Assembly: GCA_043798375.1 (NCBI GenBank) | Contig: JAZDOS010000018.1 | Span: 1 to 62,853, forward strand | Direction: 5' to 3' | Source of the DNA: Candidatus Omnitrophota bacterium | GTDB taxonomy: Bacteria; Omnitrophota; Gorgyraeia; 2-01-FULL-45-10 | DNA length: 62,853 bases | Shown here: one piece after another, positions 28,632 through 39,600 of the stretch | How the letters are laid out: every line of letters begins with the position of its first letter | Position numbering within the stretch: position 1 is the stretch's first letter | Notes under the pieces: generated by a model | Told to the model about the DNA's origin: nothing | Seen by the model: the letters and a program-made list of their open reading frames with translations, nothing else | Databases searched by the model: none | Program-made: the position numbers and the translations under genes

Positions 28632-29852
28632 TTACTCGAACCTTACCTTAACCGAATCCAGGTGTTTCGACAGTTTCTCGATCCCGGCGATCTTCTCGAG
28701 CGGCTCGCGGATCTTCTCGAGCGCCCTCTTCGTATATGAGAGGATGTGCGAGCTCTTATAGAAGTCCGATAACCCCAGCCCGGAGAAGAATCTCGCGCTC
28801 CCGCCTGTCGGAAGGACGTGGCTCGGGCCCGCGACATAATCGCCGACCGCCACCGGCGTATACGGGCCGAGAAATATCGCGCCGGCATTCGTTATCTTCT
28901 TCGCTATTTTCTTGGGATTACTCGTCAATATCTGTAAATGTTCCGCGGCAAGCATATTCGCGACATCGGCCGCCTCATCCATGTTCTTGACGAGGATCAC
29001 ATAGCCTTTGATATTCTCTTTCTTAAGCGCCTTTGCCAATTTTTTCGAGTTCGTTATTAAAATCGCGAGCCCCATAAAGTGCTCCGCCTGCGCCTCGAGG
29101 TCCGCCTTTATAAAATTGATGTTCGAAAGCTGGTTCGCTATTATAACGACTTCCGTCGGGCCGGCAAGCATATCGATATCGCAGTATCCGAACACCTGCC
29201 GCTTGGCCTCGGTGACATACGCGTTGCCGGGGCCGACTATCTTATCCACCTTCTGGATAGTCTTCGTTCCGAACGCGAGCGCCGCGATGGCCTGGGCGCC
29301 GCCTATCTTGTATATCTCATCGACCTTCAGAAGGTCCGCGACTACCAGGATGTGCGGATCGACCGATTTATAAAGGTTGGGCGGTGTTACCAAAACGATC
29401 TTCTTCACGCCCGCCATTCTCGCCGGAATGACGGTCATGTAAACGCTCGACACCAGCGGCACCGTTCCGCTGGGGACATACACTCCCACCCTGTCAAGCG
29501 ACGAAATTTTCTCGCCCAGCAGCACTCCGTCGGCGTCTTTGATCTTCCAGGATTTCTTCAGCTGTTTTCGGTAAAATTTGTTTATATTGTCAAGGACGAC
29601 TTTAAGGGTCGATACAAATTCCGGTTTTATATCCTGATAGGCGCCGGACATCTCGCATGCCGAGACCCTGAGGTCTTTAGGCGCGAGCTTGACGCGGTCG
29701 AACTTCCGCGTATATTTTATGACCGCCTCGTCGCCGCCCACCTTCACGTTCTCCAGGATCTTCCGCACGCTCCCGGATATGCGCTTATTGCGCCCGGAAC
29801 CTCTCTCGCAAAGTTTCTGGAATTGTTTTGAGCCTACCCTTACGAGTTTCAT
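28632..29852 (-). CDS. hisD: Histidinol dehydrogenase
   Basis: GVYVP.G, GGAQAIAA.A.G, GPGNAYV, AGPTE, QAEH, GDYVAGPSHVLPT. Confidence 0.96.
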   Translation of the reverse strand: MKLVRVGSKQFQKLCERGSGRNKRISGSVRKILENVKVGGDEAVIKYTRKFDRVKLAPKDLRVSACEMSGAYQDIKPEFVSTLKVVLDNINKFYRKQLKKSWKIKDADGVLLGEKISSLDRVGVYVPSGTVPLVSSVYMTVIPARMAGVKKIVLVTPPNLYKSVDPHILVVADLLKVDEIYKIGGAQAIAALAFGTKTIQKVDKIVGPGNAYVTEAKRQVFGYCDIDMLAGPTEVVIIANQLSNINFIKADLEAQAEHFMGLAILITNSKKLAKALKKENIKGYVILVKNMDEAADVANMLAAEHLQILTSNPKKIAKKITNAGAIFLGPYTPVAVGDYVAGPSHVLPTGGSARFFSGLGLSDFYKSSHILSYTKRALEKIREPLEKIAGIEKLSKHLDSVKVRFE

Positions 29853-32359
29853 TTGAGCCTCTCCTTTATAATTACTGAAATTTTACTCATAGCGTCCGCC
29901 AATTTCGCGGGCGATTTTCCGCCGCCTTGAGCGAAATTCGGCTTTCCGCCGCCTGCGCCGTCGATAAATCCGGCCAGAAGCCTGGCAATCTCACCCGCCG
30001 AAACACTCTTTTTCACGATATCGTCCGTGACCGACGCAATAAAAGATACCTTGCCGTCATTTTGCGTGGCGAGGATCACGACCGCGGACTTCTCTTTTTC
30101 TTTAATTTTATCGCTTAAGGCCCTCAGGCCTTCCATATTTATCCCGCCTATAATTTCAGTTACGACCCTGGCGCCGCGATAGGCTTTCGCCCTGGCGATA
30201 AATATATCGAGATTCGCGGCCTCCTCTTTAAGCCTCGCGTCCATCCGCTTCTTCTCTTCAACTTTGCGGCCTTCGGCCTCAAGCCTTCGCGCTTCGGCCT
30301 CTTTCTCGCGGGCGATCCATTCTTTCGCGGCAGCGCCTGTGACCGCTTCGATGCGCCGCACGCCGGAGGCGATAGAGCTTTCGCCCGTGATCTTGAATAT
30401 GCCTATCGCTTTCGTATTATCGACGTGCGTACCGCCGCAAAGCTCTTTCGATATATCACCCACGCTCACGACGCGCACCCTGTCGCCGTATTTTTCGCCG
30501 AATAACGCTATCGCGCCGTCTTTGCGCGCGCAATCGATATCTTTTATCTCTTTCTTAACGGGAATCGCCTTTTTTATATTTTCGTTAACCAATTCCTCAA
30601 CACGCGCGACCTCGCGTTCTTCCATCTTCTTCATATGAGTAAAATCAAACCTGAGATGCCCGGCGTCAACCATGGAACCGGTCTGCTTTACATGCTCTCC
30701 CAGGACCTTGCGAAGCGCCGCCTGCAAAAGATGGGTCGCGGTATGATTTGCCATAATTTTTTTTCTAACACCCTCGTCTATCTCAACCTTCGCCGTCTCG
30801 TCTTTTGATATTTGCCCCCGCAGCATTTTGCCGATATGGACGATCGTCCCGCCAATCTTTTTGGCGTCTTCAACTTCCATTGAACCGGACTCAGTCTCGA
30901 TCCTGCCCCAATCGCCGGCCTGGCCGCCGGATTCACCGTAAAACGGCGTTTTGTCCAAAATCACCCCGCCGCCTTCGAGTACAGCCAGGACCTTCGCCTC
31001 GGCATGCGCCTTCTCATAACCGAGAAATTCCGTCTTCAATCCGAGCGCCTCGACCTTCCCGGCAAACGTCTCCGAAAATATCTCGCCTTTTATTTTAGTC
31101 TTGGCGCGCGACTGATCCCTCTGTTTATCAAGAAGCTTCTCGAAAGCATCCTTATCTATCTTCAATTTAAATTTTTCGGCAATCTCTTCCAGCATCTCAT
31201 AAGGCATTCCATAGGTATCATAAAAGTTGAACGCGATCTCAGCAAGTTTACCGGCTCCTTCGGCCCCGGCCATATCCGCAAAAGCCTCTTCGACTTTCGG
31301 AAGCTGCGTCTCGACCACATTTATAAAATTCTCTTCTTCTTTCTTAACAATAAGCGCGATGTCGTCCCTCTTTGTCTTTAATTCCGGGTAGGCGGCGCCC
31401 ATAACCCGGGAAACCGCGCTTACCAGTTTATACAGAAACGGTTCCTTGATCCCCAGGTCGCTTGAGTATGCGCTCGCGCGCCTGATCAATTTTCTGACAA
31501 CGTATCCGCGTTCTTCGTTCGACGGCATCACGCCGCCCGCGATACAGAACGTCGCCGCGCGGATATGGTCGGCGATCGCGTTGACTTTCGGTGTCAGGTT
31601 TTCGGTGTTCGGCGTTTGGGCGCCGATAACCGATAATCGATAATCGATAATCGACTCAACTATCGGCTTGAATATATCTATTTCAAAGTTGCTGCACACG
31701 CCCTGCATTACCGATGCCAGCCGCTCTAACCCCATTCCGGTATCGATATTCTTTGCCGGAAGCGGTTTCAGTTTTCCGTCCGCCTGCCTGTCAAATTGCG
31801 TAAAGACGAGGTTCCAAACTTCGAGATCCTTATAATATATCTCGGAGCATGGACCGCAGGGCCCGTTCGGCCCTTTCGTCGGCGCCTCGGCAGGCCAAAA
31901 ATTTTCCTTCTCTCCGAATTTCTTAATCTTCGCCGGCGGTAATTCAATAACATCTTTCCATATGTCATAGGCTTCCATATCGTCCTCATATACGGAAACC
32001 CACAGGTCATCTTTCTTTAGCTTCAACTCTTTTGTAAGAAACTCCCATGCCCATTCGATAGCCTCTTTCTTGAAATAATCGCCGAATGAGAAGTTCCCGA
32101 GCATCTCAAAGAACGTGTGATGGCCGCTCGTCCTGCCGACATTCTCAAGGTCGCCTGTCCTCAGGCATTTCTGGCTCGAGACGGCGCGCTTATAAGTCAC
32201 GTTGCGGCCGAGAAACTTCTCCTTGAACTGGTTCATCCCCGCGCCGGTGAATAGAAGCGTCGGGTCATCCTTCGGAACAAGCGAATCGCTCGGGACGATC
32301 GTGTGGCCCCTGGACTTGAAAAATTCCAGAAATGTATTTCTTATATCATCGGTCTTCAT
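29849..32359 (-). CDS. alaS: Alanyl-tRNA synthetase
   Basis: AGMNQFK, FEMLGNFSFGDYFK, DTGMGLER, NHTATHL, ELCGGTH. Confidence 0.98.
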   Translation of the reverse strand: MKTDDIRNTFLEFFKSRGHTIVPSDSLVPKDDPTLLFTGAGMNQFKEKFLGRNVTYKRAVSSQKCLRTGDLENVGRTSGHHTFFEMLGNFSFGDYFKKEAIEWAWEFLTKELKLKKDDLWVSVYEDDMEAYDIWKDVIELPPAKIKKFGEKENFWPAEAPTKGPNGPCGPCSEIYYKDLEVWNLVFTQFDRQADGKLKPLPAKNIDTGMGLERLASVMQGVCSNFEIDIFKPIVESIIDYRLSVIGAQTPNTENLTPKVNAIADHIRAATFCIAGGVMPSNEERGYVVRKLIRRASAYSSDLGIKEPFLYKLVSAVSRVMGAAYPELKTKRDDIALIVKKEEENFINVVETQLPKVEEAFADMAGAEGAGKLAEIAFNFYDTYGMPYEMLEEIAEKFKLKIDKDAFEKLLDKQRDQSRAKTKIKGEIFSETFAGKVEALGLKTEFLGYEKAHAEAKVLAVLEGGGVILDKTPFYGESGGQAGDWGRIETESGSMEVEDAKKIGGTIVHIGKMLRGQISKDETAKVEIDEGVRKKIMANHTATHLLQAALRKVLGEHVKQTGSMVDAGHLRFDFTHMKKMEEREVARVEELVNENIKKAIPVKKEIKDIDCARKDGAIALFGEKYGDRVRVVSVGDISKELCGGTHVDNTKAIGIFKITGESSIASGVRRIEAVTGAAAKEWIAREKEAEARRLEAEGRKVEEKKRMDARLKEEAANLDIFIARAKAYRGARVVTEIIGGINMEGLRALSDKIKEKEKSAVVILATQNDGKVSFIASVTDDIVKKSVSAGEIARLLAGFIDGAGGGKPNFAQGGGKSPAKLADAMSKISVIIKERLK
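31585..31654 (-). repeat. 10 x 7-bp two-armed array inside alaS
   Basis: tcgatta x3 tcggtta tcggcgc ccaaacg ccgaaca ccgaaaa cctgaca ccgaaag. Confidence 0.75.
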
Positions 32360-32867
32360 CCGGAATATTTCCCATGCCCGCCAATTCCTGGGTTATCCTG
32401 CGGATTGTATCGTACTTGAACCCGCGCCTCAGCAAAAAATCATAAACACGCTTCAGCGCTTTTCGCTTACCTGTGCCGAGCGAAGCCGAGGCATCCAGCT
32501 TCTGAAACCGCTTATATCGTTCATTGGCCATACTAAAAGCCGTCTCGTATTCATCGTAATCTTTCGCCTTGTCCTGCAGGGTGGCTTCGATAACCGAATC
32601 ATTTACACCTTTTGATTTCAGCTCGTGCTTCAGGATAACGTCGCCCATCGGATTCATGTGCATCCGGGATTCCACCCAGAAGCGGGCAAACTTCGCGTCG
32701 TCGATATTGCCTGTCCTTTTAAGGTCGCCGACGACACCGTCTACCACAGTGTCGTCATAACCTTTGAGCTTCAGCCTCTGCCTGATCTCCGCTTCGCTCC
32801 TCGGCCTCGTGCGCAGGAGCAGGTATGCGTTGTTCTTCGCCCGAGTTTTTATCTTATCGTTTTCCAC
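32346..32867 (-). CDS. recX: Regulatory protein RecX
   Basis: RSEAEIRQRL, IDDAKFA, FLLRRGF; directly downstream of recA. Confidence 0.92.
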   Translation of the reverse strand: MENDKIKTRAKNNAYLLLRTRPRSEAEIRQRLKLKGYDDTVVDGVVGDLKRTGNIDDAKFARFWVESRMHMNPMGDVILKHELKSKGVNDSVIEATLQDKAKDYDEYETAFSMANERYKRFQKLDASASLGTGKRKALKRVYDFLLRRGFKYDTIRRITQELAGMGNIPDEDR

Positions 32868-32900
32868 TTTTACTATACGCTAAACGCTGTCCGCTATACG

Positions 32901-33992
32901 CTATTTAAGCGCCTTCTCGTATATCTCTTTTTCGATCTTCGCCATAACCTTCGGGTTCTCTTTCAGGAATACCCGCGCGTTCTCTTTGCCCTGGCCAAGT
33001 TTTTCCTCGCCGTAAAGCACCCACGCGCCCGACTTCTGCGTCACGCCGAGAGTCTCCGCCATGTCGAGGACGCTTCCGGATTTCGAGATGCCCTCGTCGT
33101 ACATTATGTCGAATTCCGCTTTCCTGAACGGCGGGGCCACCTTATTTTTGACGATCGACGCCCTGACGCGGTTACCTACGACCTCCTCGCCCTTCTTCAG
33201 CGAAGCGATGCGCCTCAGATCGATTCTGACGGAAGCGTAAAATTTGAGCGCCCGGCCGCCGGTCGTAGTTTCGGGGTTGCCGAACATGACCCCGATCTTT
33301 TCCCTGATCTGATTGATAAAGATGACACAGGTCTTCGACTTGGATATGCAGCCCGACAGCTTCCTGAGCGCCTGGCTCATCAGCCGCGCCTGTAATCCCA
33401 TGTGGCTATCGCCCATGTCGCCCTCGATCTCAGCCTTGGGAGTCAACGCCGCGACCGAATCCACTACAATAACGTCTACCGCGTTAGATCTTACCAAAGT
33501 CTCAACTATCTCAAGCGCCTGCTCGCCCGTATCCGGCTGCGACATGAGAAGATTATCCAGATTTACCCCGATCTTCTTCGCGTATGCCGCGTCAAAGGCA
33601 TGTTCGGCATCGATAAACGCCGCCTGTCCGCCCAACTTTTGAGCATTGGCAACTATGCTTAAAGTAAGCGTAGTCTTACCGCTTGATTCGGGGCCGAATA
33701 TCTCTATAACCCGTCCGCGCGGCACGCCTCCCACGCCAAGCGCTATATCGATAGTGGCCGATCCGGTGGAGATCGCGGGCACATCGAGCTTGAAATCCTG
33801 GCCGAGCTTCATTATCGTCCCTTTGCCGAACTGCTTTTCTATGTGGTCCAACGCCAGATCGAGCGCCTTCAGCTTCTGTTCCTGCGAAACATCCTTCTTC
33901 TCTTCTTTCGCAATTTCCTTAACCGCTTCCTTCTCCCTTGCCTTCGTCTTTACCATTTTCCGGCTCCTTTTGCGTTTTGCGTTCATAACCAT
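32901..33992 (-). CDS. recA: Recombinase A (charged N-terminal extension; start may be 33956)
   Basis: [42 protein letters not shown]. Confidence 0.98.
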   Translation of the reverse strand: MVMNAKRKRSRKMVKTKAREKEAVKEIAKEEKKDVSQEQKLKALDLALDHIEKQFGKGTIMKLGQDFKLDVPAISTGSATIDIALGVGGVPRGRVIEIFGPESSGKTTLTLSIVANAQKLGGQAAFIDAEHAFDAAYAKKIGVNLDNLLMSQPDTGEQALEIVETLVRSNAVDVIVVDSVAALTPKAEIEGDMGDSHMGLQARLMSQALRKLSGCISKSKTCVIFINQIREKIGVMFGNPETTTGGRALKFYASVRIDLRRIASLKKGEEVVGNRVRASIVKNKVAPPFRKAEFDIMYDEGISKSGSVLDMAETLGVTQKSGAWVLYGEEKLGQGKENARVFLKENPKVMAKIEKEIYEKALK

Positions 33993-34092
33993 TAATATAA
34001 TTATATTACATTAGAAGCTATATTATACATATATCACCCCCTTCCTGTAAAGCGATTTCCTGGTGATTTTCCTGGTGATTTTACCGCCGCCG

Positions 34093-34620
34093 CTACGGAT
34101 GAAAGCCTATCTTAGGTTTCGGCTTTGCCGGCGGCGGTTCCATAAGCTTCTTTATCGCCTTAAAAACAATCCCGAACTGCTTATCATACTTCTTCTCCAT
34201 GTCCTCGATTTTGTGCTTCAAGCCCGCGTAGGTCAAGCCTACGCGCCTCAATCCTACAAATGCGCGCATGATCTGGATATTGACTAAAATAGCCCTTTCG
34301 CTATTCAAGACGCTGGATAACATAGCAACACCTTGTTCGGTAAATACGTACGGAAAGTACTTAATATTTTGCCCTTGTTTCAAGGTCGCAATTTGCGACC
34401 TTGAATCCAATACTCTGGATTGAAGCGTAATGACTTCTTCTTTCGTCAACTGAAACATAAAGTCCTCGGGAAACCGCCTCATATTACGCTTCACCTGTTC
34501 ATTGAGCCGCTTTGTCGGCACCATGTAAAGTTCGGCAAGATCTGCATCCACCATTACTTTCTTACCCCTAAACTGAAAAATTCTATTTTCTATCTTTTCA
34601 ATCGGCACTAACATTTCCAT
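34093..34620 (-). CDS. ORF6N (KilA-N-like) DNA-binding domain protein
   Basis: RGKKVMVDADLA.LY.V, RFPEDFMFQLT, SQIAT, PYVFTEQGVAMLSSVLNS. Start after the GGGAG RBS. Confidence 0.92.
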   Translation of the reverse strand: MEMLVPIEKIENRIFQFRGKKVMVDADLAELYMVPTKRLNEQVKRNMRRFPEDFMFQLTKEEVITLQSRVLDSRSQIATLKQGQNIKYFPYVFTEQGVAMLSSVLNSERAILVNIQIMRAFVGLRRVGLTYAGLKHKIEDMEKKYDKQFGIVFKAIKKLMEPPPAKPKPKIGFHP

Positions 34621-34744
34621 TAACACTCCCTTCCAGGTAGTCACAATTTGTGACCACCTTAATGTTGTCCTCTTAAGGTGCCAAAATGGCACCTCAAGTT
34701 GCTACTTGCCCCCATATATAAAGACGCTTTTTTCGCCAAAATTA

Positions 34745-34773
34745 TTGCAACTATTTTAAAATAAGTGTATACT
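34745..34773 (+). promoter_or_regulatory. sigma70-like promoter of cinA-thpR
   Basis: TTGCAA-17 bp-TATACT. Confidence 0.55.
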
Positions 34774-34781
34774 CTCACCAT

Positions 34782-35936
34782 ATGAACGCGGAAATCATCT
34801 CGATCGGCACGGAACTTCTGCTCGGGCACATCGTCAATACCAACGCCGCTTTTTTATCCCGGAAACTCGCCGAAATTGGGATAGACGTCTACCACACCTC
34901 TGTGGTCGGCGATAATCCCGGCCGCCTTACCCATGCCATAAAACAGGCGGTTCATCGTTCTGACATCGTAATTATGACGGGCGGCCTCGGCCCGACCGTA
35001 GATGATATCACCGTCGAAACGATCAATGCGCTTCGGCCTGAAAATATAAAATGGATTAAAAATAAGGCCGGAACGGCTCCCGGCCTCGTAACCGAATATC
35101 GCGGCAAGATTATCGTCTGCCTGCCCGGCCCGCCGCGGGAGCTGGAGCCGATGTTTGACAAGGCTATTCTCCCATACCTCCGTAGGGGACGTTTAAACGT
35201 CCCCTGCTCTGTGGATAACTGTCGTTCCTGGATAATCAAATCCCGAACGATAAAGATTACGGGCTTACCTGAATCACTGGTAAATAATAAGGTAAAAGAC
35301 CTTTTGAAATTGAGGCCTCCGACGACTGTCGGCATTTACGCGAAGCTCGGGCAGGTCGAATTGAAGATAATGTCCAAGGCGAAGAACGAGAAAGAGGCGG
35401 GGCGGGCGATCGCCTCGATTGAGCGAAAGATCCGCTCGCGCCTCAAAGATCACATCTTCGGATACGATGACGAAACTCTCGAAGGCGCGGCCGCCAAACT
35501 ACTGACCGGGAAGAAAAGGACGGTCGCGGTCGCCGAGTCCTGCACCGGCGGGCTTCTATCGAACAGGCTTACCAATATCAGCGGAAGTTCGAAGTATTTC
35601 ATAATGGGGCTTATCGCTTATTCGAACGAGGTAAAGAAAAATATCCTCTGCGTAGATCCCGAAGTTCTGAAAATTTACGGCGCGGTATCGAAACAGGCCG
35701 CCGGCCAAATGGCTTTCGGAATAAAGTTTCTTGCGGGAACCGATATTGGCGTCGGTATTACAGGCATCGCCGGCCCTAAAGGAGCGACAAAGTCAAAACC
35801 TGCGGGATTGGTCCATATAGCCCTTGCTATTGGCAACAGGTTAATAACGCGTGAATTGAGATTCAGAGGCTCACGGGAAGAGATTAAGTTCCAGGCCTCG
35901 CAAACAGCGCTGGATTTGATCCGCAAAAACATCTAA
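34782..35936 (+). CDS. cinA: Competence/damage-inducible protein A (MoCF domain plus NMN deamidase)
   Basis: IGTELLLG..VNTN, GGLGPT.DD, LPGPP.E, AESCTGG, ITGIAGP. Confidence 0.93.
   Translation: MNAEIISIGTELLLGHIVNTNAAFLSRKLAEIGIDVYHTSVVGDNPGRLTHAIKQAVHRSDIVIMTGGLGPTVDDITVETINALRPENIKWIKNKAGTAPGLVTEYRGKIIVCLPGPPRELEPMFDKAILPYLRRGRLNVPCSVDNCRSWIIKSRTIKITGLPESLVNNKVKDLLKLRPPTTVGIYAKLGQVELKIMSKAKNEKEAGRAIASIERKIRSRLKDHIFGYDDETLEGAAAKLLTGKKRTVAVAESCTGGLLSNRLTNISGSSKYFIMGLIAYSNEVKKNILCVDPEVLKIYGAVSKQAAGQMAFGIKFLAGTDIGVGITGIAGPKGATKSKPAGLVHIALAIGNRLITRELRFRGSREEIKFQASQTALDLIRKNI
35181..35207. repeat. REP-like palindrome inside cinA
   Basis: CGTAGGGGACGTTTAAACGTCCCCTGC; homologous to 42439-42470. 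Confidence 0.65.
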
Positions 35937-35960
35937 TATTGCGGATAACTTCATAAATAA

Positions 35961-35986
35961 TTTTAAAAAGAGGTGCCAGGCACCTT
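35961..35986. repeat. TTTTAAAAAG-AGGTGCCAGGCACCT palindromic repeat
   Basis: An identical copy lies at 50495-50520. Confidence 0.75.
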
Positions 35987-35992
35987 ATTTTT

Positions 35993-36553
35993 ATGCGGAC
36001 ATTTATCGCAATAGAACTCTCCGATGAAATCAAGGACACCCTCGCCCAGATCCAATCCCATCTGAAATACGCCGGCGCTGACGTGAAATGGGTCGAGAAG
36101 GATAATATCCATCTCACGCTGAAATTCCTCGGCGAAATAGACGAGAAAAAATGCGAGAAGGTCAAGGCTGTTCTCGACGAAATCGCCAAATCCGTAAAAC
36201 CCTTCGAAATATCGATAAAAGATATCGGGGCTTTCCCAAAGATGGAATTTCCGCGGGTAATCTGGGTAGGTCTCGACAAAGGCGCGAAAGAATCGACAGA
36301 GCTGGCTGCAAAGGTAGACGAGTCGCTTTCAAAGCTCGGCTTTGACAGGGGAACCCGCCCTTTTGCTGCGCACTTAACCGTCGGCCGCGTCCGCTCGCCG
36401 AAGAACAAAGAGGCGTTGAAAGAGAAAATCATGGGCTGTGGGGAACGGGTTACAGGTAACGAAGAAATTTCTTCGGTAATTTTGTTCCAAAGCACCCTCA
36501 CCCCGGCCGGCTCCATCTACACTAAGCTCTACGAGGCAAAATTTGCGGGCTAA
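35993..36553 (+). CDS. thpR: RNA 2',3'-cyclic phosphodiesterase (2H family)
   Basis: RTFIAI, HLTLKFLG, F.AHLTVGR. Confidence 0.93.
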   Translation: MRTFIAIELSDEIKDTLAQIQSHLKYAGADVKWVEKDNIHLTLKFLGEIDEKKCEKVKAVLDEIAKSVKPFEISIKDIGAFPKMEFPRVIWVGLDKGAKESTELAAKVDESLSKLGFDRGTRPFAAHLTVGRVRSPKNKEALKEKIMGCGERVTGNEEISSVILFQSTLTPAGSIYTKLYEAKFAG

Positions 36554-36601
36554 TCCTGTTTATTGCGGAATAAAAGGGTCACGCCCATTTATTTCTTATG
36601 C

Positions 36602-39600
36602 TCAGGCCGCTATCAACGCCGCGGCTACATTGTTATAATCCGGCCTATCGTACGGCTCAGCCGGCCTGTATGAGAGTATGCCTTTAAGCAGCCTTGCCAC
36701 GTCACCCGTCATAATAGCCTCTATATAATCCGCGGCGGCCACATCATCGGCTAACTTAAAGTGCGTCTTTATATAAAAACTCAGGACCTGATATATCGAT
36801 GAATCTCTGGTTATATCTCTACTGATGCGCCTTGCCAGGAGCATCATCGCATAGGTATCGAGCTGGAACTTCTCGCGATACGAATCTTTATCGCTTCTTG
36901 CGTTCAGCAGGGTCCAGGCATTGGCCCTGATAAACCTGATGCCTGCCCCCTTCAGCCTGTCAAGCTCTGCCTCTTCTAAACTATCCGGAACGAGGGCTAT
37001 CGTCCTATTTTCAACACCCTTCGCTTTGGATAAAATATTTTCAACAAATTGCGCGGGGTTCGAGCCGCTTACCCTGTCAAGATTAAACCTGTCGCCATAC
37101 TTTAACCTGTGCGCCTCTAATTCACCGTTGGCGAAAAACTCCGATGTCAAAAGAAGCGTGTAACGTTCTTCCGGAAACGTGGGAATGTCTCTCCCTGCTT
37201 TCGCGGCAAGCCGTTCCATCGCTTCCAGCGCAACAGGTTTGACTTTTATATAACCGGGCACGTTTATCTGTATGTCCGGAGAAAGCGGAAGATGAGCAAG
37301 AAGCGCGGCCCTGCCTTCAGCCGACGGCATTATGTAGAAACCTATCCTGTCTATCCTGTCAATGACCAAATAACCATTTTCTCCGTCAAGTTTTACAACT
37401 ACGTAATCCGCCGGGTTAATCCCATCATCCTTCCTGACGTAATCTGCCCTGAATTTCACGGCCGCATAATAATCAAACAACACTCTCGTTTTCTCGGGGC
37501 CTTCTCCAATCGTTTTTCCTCCGACGGGTAATCCGAAATATTTCGCGAGCTGTATCCTCATAAAGGCCGGGACGGCGGCATAATCCGCGGAACTCAAAAA
37601 GTTCATGCCCTCCGGTGTAAAGCTCAACATCCGGCACATGCCGGACAGCTCCGTATAAAGACGATCGACTTTCGCCTCGTCTTTCTGGAAAGGCAATAAG
37701 CTGCCCTCTTTCACATACGAGGCTATCGCTTCGCGCAGCTCCTCCGCGGCCTTTTTATACTGTTCTCCCGCGATCAGGCCCGCAAAATCTGTGTTTGCCT
37801 GCTGTGCCTGCGCGTCCTCGGTAGGGGTTTTTGCGGCGGCGGTATCCCTCATGTGGTCCAACGCCCATCTTACGCCGATGAGCACATCGGGACAACCGGC
37901 AACGCCGGGCGTCGTTTCAAGCCGCGCCAGGGCCTCTTCCGTCGCAGGACTATTGATGTAGCCGAGCGATATCGCCGCCAGCCGCCTCAATGAAGAATCG
38001 GTTTTAGAGCCGATGATGCGAAGCAGATTATCCGCGGCCTCATTCATCTTCAGTTTTCCCGCCCAGTAAGCGGCGAACATCAATGCCCTTATTTTCCGGC
38101 CGTCCGCCAGACCGTCAAGATCCTGCGCATCCAGTTCACGGGCAACCACGCCCTTATCGATGTATTTACCCATGATATTTTCACGCGCGATCTCCGTGGC
38201 GTGAATTATCGTGAGAACGCGCAGGTTCTCGTCATTCCTCGCGATCCCGTGTTTAACATCCCTCTCGACGCGCGCGCTTATCTCCCTATCCTCTTCGGCC
38301 GCCGGTTCATCAAGAAGCCGTGAGCGTTCCGTTATTATATCGTTCACAACCCTCTGGTGTATTTCGTATATCGAAGCGCCTCTTCCGATTACAAATTGGT
38401 CGGACAGCCATCTTGCATTCACCAGCGCCGTGTCGGCTATATCCCCCTGTATGTGAGGCTTCAACTCCGCCATACGTTTTCTTATCCTGTCGCGGTTAGC
38501 GTCCGACATAACCCGGAAGATCTCCGGCTCCAGCATCGCGTGGAAGACTTCTTCCTTGGACGAGTAGATGCCGCCGCCGTTGGCGACAGGCCCGTAGAAA
38601 TACAGGATGCCGCCCGCCTCGAACTTGTCCTCGGTCCCTATGGCCGCGAAGTTGTTCGCGCCTTCGGAGATTATCTTTGTTCCCGCTTCCGCCATGCGCC
38701 GAATATCTTCCTCGCCGAATACAACGGTGCCTTTCGCGGCGGGAATGAGTATGGTGCTGCCGAGGAAATACGCCTTCCTTGTATCTTCCATAAATTCAAA
38801 TTCGCCTTTATAATAATCCTTAAGTGCAAATTTCCGCCCTGCCCGCTCTCTTACTTTTATCAGCCGCAGAAGCTGTTTTTTATCCAGCCCTTCCCTGTTA
38901 TATATCGTGCCTTTCGAATCGGCCGCGGCCGTTATTTTAACTTTGGCGAATATGTCGGGATATTTGTCATGCAGATACCTCAGGACGCCTCCTCCGACGT
39001 CGCCGAAGCCGACGATCCCCATCGTGAGATTATTCTCGTCTATCTTAAAACGCTTCATCAGTTCTGTGTTATCCAGCGCGGCCGCGAGCGTCTCCACGAC
39101 AGCTATGCTAGTCGCCATCCATTCCACGTGCGGGAATGTTCCGGTCGTTTCCGGATCGCGGCTTGTGGTGGAAATGATCTGCGTCTCCTGCATACCGAAT
39201 ACCCGGCGCGCCGCGATCTTCTCGTCTTCTATCCAGCCCATCTGCTCATACTCCATGCCTACATCCGGCCCGCCCAGATACAGGTTCATGAGGCAGCCGG
39301 CAAGCATGGATGAAGCGGCCCAGTCCCTGATAAACGATTCCTTATCGGCGTTCCTGTCCGCGAGGAATATGGTCTTGCCGCCGTCAAAATATGTCTCCCA
39401 GAACGGGCTTTTGTAGAACATGGCGTTCGCAAGGCGCACGCCTTCCAATAGCAGCGGATCCTGTGTCTTTTCCGGGTTGCCCATGAATTTTTCATCCATG
39501 CTATCCAGCGTGGATTTGCCGGCGTATTCGCCTACCTGATACCAGCGGCATCCGCCTTTAGCGAATATCATCTTTGGGTTCTTCGTGCGCGAGAATATGG

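Noticed and set aside
29079-29831. 250-aa plus-strand ORF, and similar antisense ORFs (11613-12404, 32625-33395, 38357-39313, 43678-44382)
   Set aside because: These lie fully opposite well-conserved genes and are expected from codon bias in GC-rich coding DNA.
25377-29852. Absence of hisG/hisC/hisE and leuA from the operons
   Set aside because: Split his and leu operons are common and the genes may lie outside the window, so this is not informative here.
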